The position numbers and the translations under genes were made by a program. The notes beneath the pieces are model-generated. The model did not search any database. It was not told where the DNA came from and saw only the letters and a program-made list of their open reading frames with translations. From positions 6,747,625-6,811,624 of the forward strand of contig CM082579.2 in NCBI GenBank assembly GCA_040954595.2: 64,000 bases of DNA, written 5' to 3'. This document shows, in pieces, positions 39,401-59,688 of this stretch (position 1 is its first letter; each line of letters opens with the position of its first letter). This stretch comes from Balanoglossus misakiensis. Taxonomy: Eukaryota; Animalia; Hemichordata.

Positions 39401-42400
39401 AAATCCCAAGATAAAGATCACGAAAGGAGAAAACTGAAAAGAGAAAAAAATGGTAAAAGAGAAAAAGCAATGGATATTCAAGTTCAAGATCACATTATTT
39501 TAATATCAATTTGATTATTACATATAGGAGCTACACGCACTATCAGGAGCTCACCATTATCCAGCCCCCAAAATTATTTAGACTAGCATCCAGACTAAAA
39601 CTGATTATTGCTAATAGTGATCCATGTACACCCAGCCAAAGTGCATGTAATGTTGCCATATTTTATAACACAAATAGACATGGGTGTCTGTAAACAAATG
39701 AAATTATCTCCACGGGTGGATTTGAGTTCAAAGACTTTTGTACATGTATGCACACACCCAGTTTTAATTTAGAATGTTTTTCATAGCTGGCTCACATATC
39801 ACACTGAAACCATAGGTCAGAGGTGGTGGGCTAGGTTTTCAGTCCCATAACAAAAATTAATATATTTCCTAAACTTCAGTCAGGTTCACAAAACTACCTC
39901 TGATGTCACCCCCTTCATCCCCCCCCCCCAACAAAAAAAGAAGTACATTAAACCTAGCAACTTTGAGTCAGAACGGATCGTTCCATTATGACCTCAGGGT
40001 CAACTGCACAAACGGGGAAGCTGACAGCGATACTTCTGTCAATACAGATCCTAAAAGCTGGTGAAACGTGTGCGTGCGGGCATTGTGGATGGGAACAAAT
40101 CACAGTAAACACGATACTGCTTATGCCATTTTGGGGGTCAAGAGATCATAAGGTGACAGGGGATAGGCACACAGGGGTCATGTATCTTTCCTGTCTGGCA
40201 CAGGAAGTGTTACAATACATGGAAGAATAGGAACAGCCCACACTTTTCCCCTCTGTATTATTCCAGTGGAAGATTAAATTCCTGGTTTCCAGTGAGGGGA
40301 AATATAATTGATGTACTAAAAATTCTCTGTACAGGACGACTTCCAGAATGATGAACAGGGAATATTGACTTTTTGATTATTTGAAAGGAGAAGTAGGGTC
40401 ATATCTGTGTTCTGCTTTTAAAAAAATTATAATCAGTGTGTAACCTTTACTTCTCTCTATTATCCAATCCAACAATCAAATACTATACAGTCATTTGACA
40501 GCTAATCAAACATATTGGTTTGGTTTTATGAGGATACCATGGTTATAATGGCATGTTTGGAAGTGGGAACAGTGAATGAAAAAAGGGTTGATTGTAAATT
40601 GAAGAAGTGTCCCCTTATTGGAGTAAATGCCGTGCGAGTCTTTAAAACTGTAATTAAAAATACCATGCATGTAAACACACAACTCTTTCAAGGACAAAGT
40701 TCTATCAGAAACGGTGAAAATTAAAATGTCTATAAAAACGCCGGCAAACCATAAAAAAGTCCCTAATCTGCTTATTGTGTGAATTTTGTACAATTGCAGC
40801 ATCTCATAAATCTAACACTTGGCGGCCAAGATACTAATCTACTATAATCACACATTACAGTCAGTGTACATGCACCTTCTTCCCTCTTCCATCGGGTTAT
40901 GTCACCCGATCCCTGCTTCCCAATCTTTATCGTCACTCCGTCCCTGGGAAGGGAAGTCTCCATTTTCACAGAACTTCCAGCATTATTTCACGAATCCTTG
41001 GTTCCAGCTTCCGACAACCACACCTCTGCTGATTTCCACAGCGGAATATTTTCACACTCATGCGGGAAGGAAATGAATCCATGGAATAATCGTTTCCTCA
41101 AAATTCAGCAGCATTCTACAAATTAGCATTCGAATTCTAACAAAGTCATTGGCCAAATGATTGATTGGTTAGCCGGCACTTACCTCTTCGTTGAATGTGA
41201 ACGGACTGCTTCCCGTCTTGGTCTTCAGGAAAAGGGTGCCCTCCAGGCCGAATTTGGGGATCAGCACTTGTAAAGCATTCTTCCTCACAAACAGTACAAA
41301 ACCTGTCTCATCCACAGCCTTGTCTTTGAAAAATAGCTGCGAAACAAAAAAATGAAGAAAAAAAGATTGAAAAAAAATCTTGTTTCAATTAATTTATTTT
41401 CTGTTTTTCTTAAAATCATGCATCAATTCTGTCTGATGCAGTATTCCAAACTAATGATTTCATATCAGAAATGGATGACAGTTTTAAATTGAAGAGTGAC
41501 ACTCCAAATATGAATGACAACCAAACACCCATTCATTCCTTCAAAACACGGCCAAGTGTGAACACTTGCTTTGGGAATATCAACATGAGCTACAGTTGTA
41601 TGTCCATTGACAATCTGCTGATATCTTTTTATTTGTACGTGATATATATTTTTCATTACATGTACTTCATTCTGCAGAGGCCGCGTGGAGCCTTTAGAAA
41701 TTAGATATTTCACTTGACGTGCCAAAGCCACGGTTGATATCTACAAATGCACCGACAGGCAAGAAAATCTTCAATGCCAATGGCATATTCTCCCTATCAC
41801 TGCAAAACAAGGAACTGTCGAGTTGACAGATCAGGACTTGTTAACAAGTACTTGTTGCCATGGAAACATACGCACTACGAGTTCCTTGTCTATTTTATCT
41901 GGCCTTGGGTAATCATTTTGAAGTACCCCCACAATAAAACTGAACGTGGAAATTTCGTGAAATTGAAATTCCCTGCAGGTTGTCCTTCACACATTGTGCT
42001 TGCAGAATATGCAGATATTTGAAAATAAAACGGGTCAGAAATATTGAAGAGAGAATATTACAACAAAATATTTCACAAATAATTTTTAATTGGGAGTAAA
42101 ACGAAAATTCATAGATGGACCTGTTGAAAATATAAATGTGACCAAATAGCAATTTTTTTAGAATGGGAAAATCCAAAGTCCTGTGAATGACAAATTTGGG
42201 TGTTGGCTATGTATGTCTGACTCTTGCAAAATGTTCATGATTAAGACACAAACTCATTTCCATGAGTAATATTCCCTGTACTCAGCCATCCATATTCACG
42301 TCAAGTGCATACACTCATTTTGATTTAAAAATCATGAATTTGTTGAGTCAGCCATGAATCATGCATAAGATGCCGTGAGTTTGTTAGTTGACGACGTGGC

Positions 42401-45400
42401 AGTGAATCTGCCTAACTTTGTGGGCAGAGATACAGCAACTGTGAAGATTAGGCCGATGTGTTCAGCAGTATTGCCTAACTCTGTACCCAGGGGTAAAGAG
42501 ATGAGTTAGGTTAATATATGCATTGTGTGGCCTACCTGTGTGTGTAATCCCACAGAGGCCCTCCCGGCGTACTGCGCCATCTTGTGACGGTAGTTCAGAT
42601 TGTTACACAGCGCCTGAAATAGGACAAGTGGGATCATAACTGCTACATCATAAAGATTATTACCTAAAATTATACTTGTTTCTTTATTTATTCAGGTGGT
42701 GACAAATTAGAGTTAGTCTCCTTTCACCCAAACAAAAGCACCGATAAGAACAAGAATAAAATTTTCAGCATTTTAGGAAATAGAACCCAACAACGAACCT
42801 GCACTTTCTGTTTGTCTAACAGATCAGAATACGAAGGGTCTGCTCCAATGGCGACGGCCAACAATCTATGCACCATCACATCAGAGTATCTGCAAGGGAA
42901 AAGTGTAGTTATCCATGAGCGTATACTGTTAGCTTTTTTCATGGATAGATGTGTAAATTCGCTAATTTAAGATGGTGCTAATTGAGCTAAGTTTAATACA
43001 AACCCATTACATGAACTGAAATGCACACAGCTAATCTAAAGTGTTTTACAGTTTGGTTGGTGCATGTACCTTCTAATGGGAGACGTGAAGTGCGTATAAA
43101 TTGGAGTGGCCAAACCATAATGGTAGAACTCGTCTTCTGGGAGCGTGCCGGAGCAGAAGTAGACGGCTTGCATCATGCAACGTGTCGCCAACATCCGCAG
43201 AAGTGTGTTGAAGTATGGTTGCCCTGGCAACTCGGCTCCGTCCAGAGATGTCGCCAGTTCTTTGTTGGTTTCTGCAGAGATCTGCACGCCCTGTTTGACA
43301 GAGAAACGAGCAGAACATCTTGTGTTAAAGCTGTAGTAAGACAAAGCACACGATGCAGCGTTCTCCCCAGGAATTTCAAGTGGTGTTTTATTATTTAGCT
43401 AAAATTAAAGAGTGGTTGCCACCATGCTTAAATGCTCTCTGTAAGATTTTGTATTTTATGTAACAACAAGGCATGATATGATCTGAAGCAGTGGACGTGA
43501 ATAACAAACATCCTGTTCTGACCTTCGAGTCGCCAGCTTTGATCAGCGGATCGTAATTAGACGGCGGGGGAGCGGGATGTCGCCTGAGAACCGCACACTG
43601 AGGGAATTCCTTCTGGATCTTCTTGGCCACCGAGATGTTTGCCAGCAACATGAACTCTTCCACCATGGAATTTGTCTCCCTGGTTTTCAAAAAATAGCGA
43701 AAAATATCACCATTAGGTTTGTGTGTTTTTTTTCACAAGGAAACAGATATTTTTTAATAACATGACAGATTTTTGTGCTTACCTGAGCTGTTTAGTTTCT
43801 ACATCAATAGGGTCATGCGTTTCGCTGTCCATGCTGAACCTCACTTCTGTTGATGCCAACGTCAGGGCACTGCAGAGACAAATAAATATACATGTACAAC
43901 TTCATTTGGTATTTTCAGTAGGTTTTTGCACATACTGAAGAAAATGTGCGGTTCACACACACTGCAGAGGTGCTCATGGAAAGCAACTCTATTTGCAGCT
44001 TCAATGAACGAGGGATAGCCAATCCCATATCTGTAGTTTCCAATGGCAAGTCACTCAATCCATACCCTTTCTCAATTCTTCTTGACTTCAGTATCTTGGC
44101 TAATCGGTTGAGACCTCGAAGTCCCACTGTAATCTCATCGTTCATACTGGAATCGTCAATTCTCATCTGGGCTTGTTCATATGTCAGCGCTGCCTACATG
44201 TACAAAGATTTACAAAAAATATACACAGGGTACATACATGTATTATTTGTATATGGTAAAAAAAAATAAGTAGAAAGTGGCCATGAAACAAGACATCTGA
44301 TTGGTTAAGCTTCAATACAATACAACACGCTGATGAAATCCCACTGATTGGTTGAAAGTCAACAACACCAGTAGCAGTTACATAAATCTTGGATTAGAGT
44401 AAATACTGTAAAATGTAAATTTTCGCGAACTTAGCGAGGGCCAAAAAATGTGCATTTTATCCCATTCTTAAGTTTATCCAGCACATAAAAAAACATTTTG
44501 AATACAACAAAAAGGGAACTATAGATATTCACCCTTGATTTGATGATGCTCTTCATAAATCTGGTGGACAATATCTCAGCATCACGGTTCAATTCCCATA
44601 CACAGGAGAATGCAAAGCGTTCTTCGTTGCCACGCAGTGAACACAGATTGGAACTCAGCAACTCTGGCACCATGTCTATCCTCTGTTGGGACAGAGAAGA
44701 GAAATGCAAAATAAACCAGTCAGAATGAAATAGAAAAAAATTCTATTGCAAAGACAACTGACAGTAAATACTCAAATATACAAGTTATCTGCGGATGACC
44801 TACACAACACAACCACACAAAAAATATTCTTTTCAAACCAGATGGCACAATGCGACCAACCTTATCAACTAAGTAGACAGTTGTGCCCCTGATGGCAGCC
44901 TCAGTATCCAATGCATTGCCAGGCTTGATGAAATGAGTCACATCAGCTATGTGTACACCAACCTAAATTGAAAAAAAAAAATTGTGAGAGATTTTCAGGC
45001 TGATTTGTCTCTATATGTGCTGTTTTCTTTTCACCATACAGCGGCTCTCACAGAGTAATATGCAATTATCAGGAGTGCAGAAATTAAGACAGCAATTGTA
45101 TCTCACCTCCAAGTTCCCATTTTCCAAATCGCGGCAATGCAAAGCATCATCAATATCCGTACAGCCCGGAGGATCCACACTGCAGATGCAAATGTGGCGC
45201 AGATCTTCACGAGCTGCTATGTCCTAAAATGGAAAAAATCGTAAGTGTTTAAAATTGACTCGCAACGCATTTTGCTGACAATGCGACAAATGGCCTACTT
45301 TCCAAAATAAAATTCCCAGATTTTCTAGTGTTTTGTATGAACCCTGTCACGCATGTACACTTGAATGGCTAGAAGAGGTACTGGCGTGTGATGCTCATGT

Positions 45401-48368
45401 GACTGTCACATGACTTACTTACATCTTCTGTGATGCCCCATGGCATCTTGGGAAGGTGGCTGAGGACTGAAGCTGAGAAATTTTGATGGGGCACGTCATG
45501 TTCCAGGAGAAGCACTTCATTTTCTGTGTCTTTGTCGCCGATGGCCCCAAGACTCCTGACAAAATGTCCCTGTGTAGTTTGGAAAAAAATGAAACTACAT
45601 CGGTTAGAGATTATGTTTGGCCAAATTAGGCTGAGATCAAGTGATGAATGTTAGTCAACAAAGCAAAGGGCTGTGAATGTATTTAGGGATCAAGCTCTGG
45701 AAGCCGTTCCACACATCAATTAAACCAGCCATTTACCTACCTGTGGGTACCTGGAACTGCGAGGCCATGAATCGATGCTGACAATGATTCTCTGACCTTG
45801 CAGCGTCTCTGCTTGTCTGGTCTCTATACGGATCCTGGGAACTCTCTTCTCTGCCGGCACGAAGAGATGCCGTGTTCCCTGAGAGAGAAAGTTTAGAAGA
45901 AGGTTTAAAAAAACACTGGATCTTACAACCTGATTGACATTAATAAACAACACCATTAATCTTCGGTATAAATGAACACACAGTACAGCAGAGAATGTAA
46001 CAACAACAATCCCATTTACAAAGTACAAATTATATCTGACCTTTGATCTGGCAGACATTTGCAAGATGCCACAATATGGCCGCCAATTTCTCTTGATGAT
46101 TCCAACCACCCTGGCAGTAGGCAACGGTTTCGCTCCTTTGGTGGCAGTCTTGCTGGAGTCCTGACAAAGCAAAAAAGTTTACTTCTAATGATCCAAACCT
46201 GTCAGGAGAACTTGCACATTGGGGTAATTCACAGTGAAATCATTTCTGCTCTGCATTTACTACAAGACCTCACCTCATCATCTTCGATGCCTTCCTCATC
46301 ATCATCATCATCCGCTTTTGTTGCCTCATCTGAGAGAATCAAGGAGGAAGGGCAGGTCCACTGTTGTCTTGGCAACATCTCTATGGCAACTAGATCATCG
46401 TGCACAGCTCGGTTGATGCTGGCAAGGCCTTTGATGAAGACCTGTTGAAAGAGAAATAAATGAACTCAATATTCCCTTTGTTTTCAGAGACTTGGATTTC
46501 TGACATACACACAGGACAGGAGGGGTGGGGGAGGCAGGTTTCATTTTGAGGGTGACATTTTGTCCTCACCATGTCATCTTCACCGTGTGCATTGACGTAG
46601 CCTTCCCTGTAATTTTCCCGACTGCTGTGAAAAGTGCCCTGCAGATACTTCTTGGATTTGATGCCGCTCTGGATTTGTGAGAGTGGGATGTGTTCTGGGA
46701 AGGAAATCTTGTGAGAGCCTTTTACTTTGATGTCTTCATTCATCTGGCAAAATTAAAGAAGAAAAAATTATGTTCGCTATATTGGGAAAGATGGTCTTCA
46801 CTATCGTATTCTAGCACTGTAGCAGTGTCTTACATGTTTCATGATTCATTTAACAAACTCACCGTATCTCTTTTGTGTTCTTTCTCCTCTAGTTGTGCCA
46901 ACCTGTCACTCAACTCTGGCATGGCAATCAAAGACTTCACATACTCTTGAACTGCAAAAGAGCAAAAAAACTGGCTTGACTTCCTCTGTAAGTGCCACTT
47001 CGCCCATACCTAATTATTGCCAGAAATAATTGCTCGCTGCATCTGGACCCTCTCACCTGTATATGCCAGTAAACCTTCCTCCCTCGCTTTGTCCCTGTTT
47101 GCTAGATCGTTTGTCAGCAACACTATTTTGATCTTTTGTTTTTTGCTCTGTTTTCCCAGGTGGTCTCCGTACCACTTCACGGAAACTCTAATTGCTCGGT
47201 CGTTTCTGTCATTGGCCGACTCCCCTGCTTCCCGTTCGATGTACGTTTCTCTGTAACAAAATCAAAGATGCGTGTTTTTGAAAGTTTATTTAATAAATTA
47301 ATTAACTAATAACTAACTCAACGATAAGCTAATGGAAATTGCTTACCTGTGGTGTTCATTTGTAAAAACATAAAATTTCTTAATTTCTCTTGAGATAATG
47401 TCCCGCATTCTCTGGTGACCAGATGGACTTCTGTGTCTTATCTGTTAAAAACGACAACCTTGTCATGCATTGCAGTTCCAAAATTGGCACATTTTGATAT
47501 TCTGCTTAGAATGTCATTTAACCCAGACAGATAATCATATTTTAGACCAGAGGCTCTCAAATTTGGCTGATCTGAAAACTTGTATTTTGCACTATGCCAT
47601 ATTGTAACAAAGAAATGAAACTGAACCATACCTCTTGCAAAACTGTCTGCAGTATGATGACATTGCGTATGATACTGTCATCTAGAATATCAATCTGAAA
47701 CAGAAAGATTAACATGCTAGAATCAAATTCATGTGTATGTCATTGTCTGTAAATTAAATTAAATTCAACTTTATTGGTGTTTGTTGTCAAATCAAATACA
47801 CTCAGTATCAAATATCTTTCCCAGATCGTTCATAAAAGTAGGAGCTGGCTTCTACCTCAACCACAAAGGAAAAATATTATATTAAAATATTATAGACCAG
47901 TATGTGTTCTCCCCCCAGGAATTTCTGATAGAGTAGTGACTAATTTGCATAACAGTATAAAAGTGTTATGTTAATTAAGTTCTATTGTCTTCTCACAATT
48001 AAAGAGTAGTGGCCACTAACCTGGGGGGCCCGCTTCACTAAATGAATCGGGCCACCCAGGTTAGTGGTATTCCACCGCCTGCGGACTCAGTGGACTCTCA
48101 TGTACGTCCGGGCTACGTGTATATAATAGTAGATCGCAAGACACTATACCTGATGGAAAAGTACGTTCGTGTCCGGCACAAGATAATGCGGAAAGTCACA
48201 GAGATCACTTTCGATTTGTGGGTCACTCTCCAGGACCGGTTTCTCCTGCGTACACGTTGTACACAAACACGACCCACACCATATATCGTCTCGGAGATAG
48301 TGCTCACGTACAACCTTCACGACGCCGCCCTTTCGCGTCTTTTTGACGAAAGTCTTCGATTTCAGCAT
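24491..48368 (-). CDS. DIS3: Exosome catalytic subunit DIS3/Rrp44, about 965 aa, 22 exons
   Basis: Exons 48150-48368, 47632-47694, 47347-47441, 47057-47250, 46863-46951, 46570-46743, 46274-46441, 46041-46160, 45741-45878, 45423-45569, 45107-45223, 44861-44962, 44533-44682, 44066-44193, 43783-43869, 43523-43679, 43070-43290, 42799-42889, 42536-42613, 41184-41336, 24666-24788, 24491-24574 (2898 nt). Motifs [17 protein letters not shown] (PIN), [35 protein letters not shown]; the S1 end [23 protein letters not shown] is at 24.7 kb. Confidence 0.96.
27046..27087. repeat. (CTCA)n microsatellite
   Basis: About 10 perfect CTCA units. Confidence 0.95.
29878..29933. repeat. Compound (GAT)n/(GGT)n trinucleotide repeat
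   Basis: gatgatgatagtaatgatgatgatggtggtggtggtgatgatgatggtggtgat. Confidence 0.85.
34123..34211. mobile_element. Short TTAA-type (piggyBac-like) MITE, diverged inverted copy of the 52663-52746 element
   Basis: Ends CCCTTTCA...TGGTGAAAGGA-TTAA; internal ttccctc..tagaggtcc..ccattgaaaa..tttgg aligns by eye with the reverse complement of 52663-52746. Confidence 0.75.
48013..48067. repeat. Near-perfect 55-nt inverted repeat in DIS3 intron 1
   Basis: CCACTAACCTGGGGGGCCCGCTTCA-ctaaa-TGAATCGGGCCACCCAGGTTAGTGG: 25-bp arms with 2 mismatches. Confidence 0.9.
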
Positions 48369-50634
48369 GTCTGGTCTTTTGGGGATGTAACTGTAGTCAT
48401 GGGGTTGAATAATTCTCTGTCGATCGACTGGAAATTACGGGATAGATCTGGTAATGCACGATCCAGCTTCTCAGCTCCAACTCCAAACACGTGTGACCTC
48501 CGACCTTTGACCTCCGGATCGAACACACTTCAGCTTCAAAGTTCGGAAATCCTTCATTTCGAAGACTTTTTTGAGACGACTTGCTTCTATCTATTTGCTA
48601 AATACCCATTCGTCAGTATCCGGAGTAACGTAAACGAATACTGATTCAATACGTCGATGAATTTTCGCAATATTTTTTAGGGCTTTAAAAGTCAACCACA
48701 GAGGGCGCTGTAACCCATGTACATTGTACTGCGTAGGCAGGAAAACACGTTGGTGTAAAATTTATAGCTACTTGAATGTCAGGACAAACAGTGGTGGCAT
48801 GTAAGCCATCATCAGGATTTCAAAAGTACGAGTTGGAATCCATGACGTGGGTCTATAAAGTGTTGGGAGTGGAAAGGGGTAACAGAGAGTGTTCATTGTG
48901 GGGGAAAAAAGCAGCAGTTGAGGAAGGCACAGCAGCTGGTTGATTTTGACGGCTGTCACTTTCATTCAATAATCCAATCAGACATTTATTCAGTTTATCA
49001 GTTAAAAAAAATATCCCTTCCCTTTTCAAGAGACCACACAAGTGCAACATTTACTTTGTAGAAATCATGCACAAGGCTTTACTGTAACTTTATTCACCAA
49101 CAAAAAAAAGGTAACATTAACTTCCAAAAAAATGTTAAAACAACATTAACCACGACTAAGTTTTTACAAATTGTCCTTTACTGCACTGATACAATCAATA
49201 TTCATTTTCTAAACGCCAGCTCTTGTGCAGCTATGATTTCACAACTAATGTCTCAAATACAATGAATGTCAGTTAGTGTTCTGTATTACGCTAAACAAAG
49301 TTATTTTGAGCAGAAGTAATGTCGAACTTTTGGTGAATAAAATGTTTTTTTTTTGTTTTGTTTCATCATCACAGTATACATACTTACAATTAAATACTAG
49401 TATCCCTGTGTAGTTCATTAGTACATCTAAAAAAGCATTATTAAAATTAATATTGCTCTTCTTGTGTTTTTTTTTAAACCTTGGTGTTCAAGTAGCTCAA
49501 AATAGTCAAGTGTCCACCACAACAGTGAAATTTACCACCCCTAGAAAGTGTGTACAGTGGGACTGCTCAATACTGCTACAGTCGTTGGGCGGGCTGCACC
49601 ATTCAGAATACGGGGGCGGTGGAGAGAGTAAACCTCTCCGGTTTGTTGCCTGTACACTGGCAATCTTCCCAGTAAATTAAGAAGTCCTAACAAATACAAC
49701 AGACTGGTGAAACGTGGAAGCCAATCTTGTAATCAGAACCTCAACAAAGGTCAACAGCAAAAGCAGTGTATCTTCTTGTGCAAAACCTCATTCGACAAAC
49801 TGGTACATAAACTTGACAGTTAAGTGTGTTTTTTTACTGACCAACAGCTTTACTGGGCAAAATATACAGCTTAAATGTCTAGTAGAATGCTTTGCTTCCC
49901 TAGAAAGGAAGATAACACAACAAGAGATGGAATTGGTGCATTGGGATGCAGCATGTTCTTTTACAGTCACCCGTGTCCAATGAGAAACTCTCTCTCATGA
50001 AAAAAAATACAAACTACAAATGCAAGTACATGTACAGTGCAACATTGCAGAACAGCTAAGCTGATGAATACTATATTAAAGGTAGACATTTAGAAACTTC
50101 AAGAGTGCCAGTCCTCGTGAGTTAAAAACACTCCAGGCAGACTATTTCAGTGTATATCCTTGTACTGTGAGCAACACAAAAAATTAGGGGGACAAAAAAC
50201 ACACACAATCAAATGCAAATGGTTACTATACAGAAGGTGAGACATAGTGCCTATCTTTTGACTTTTTGAAGACTAAATTTGTGTCATTTGGTTTTGTGAT
50301 GCGAGCTGGAATGTCAACCAACAGATGAAAACTTCAGACGTGCTACACAGAACAAAGAATTGACCATTTCTCAGTGTAAGCAGAAATCTTGCCCATGGTG
50401 GCTTTTAAATGCTTCTGAATGTTCCGTAAAAACACAAAACCAATCTTGACATCGTCATAAAGTCAAAAGGTAGCAGTTTTTTCCCTTGAAGTTACAGATG
50501 TTTAGAGCCCAGGCCACAAAATCTGATCACAATGTTGTAGAGATTTGGAAGGAGATTTTGCACCACTGCATTCATCTCAGGGGTCATGACCTTACATCTA
50601 CACTCAATAAACTACAGTGACTGTTGCTCTGTTC

Positions 50635-59400
<8,766 letters not shown>

Positions 59401-59688
59401 CACGGATAGTTTCCGTTTTAGCTTTTTACTTAGGAACGAGACTAAATCAGACTGGCCATATGGGGTGAATGACCGCCATTAAAATCCGATAATGGACTCG
59501 ATGCAGTTTTGAATTTCGGCAATGGTTTCATGTACCAGTATTTCCACATACCCACGATAAATTTTGATGACCATAACATATTATTTGTATATTTTACATA
59601 TTTAGACTTCTCGTGAGGTATAGATCGTTAATGTGACAGTGTAATAACATTTGAAGGATACTGGATTCGTCTGGCTCAAATTCAAAAT

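Noticed and set aside
44332-44362. CTGATGA...GAAAGTC hammerhead-like core
   Set aside because: Weak stem II and no stem I or III pairing.
48042-48644. 200-aa + strand ORF and other long antisense ORFs (e.g. 50648-51043, 62763-63272)
   Set aside because: Shadows of real exons on the opposite strand with no independent protein features.
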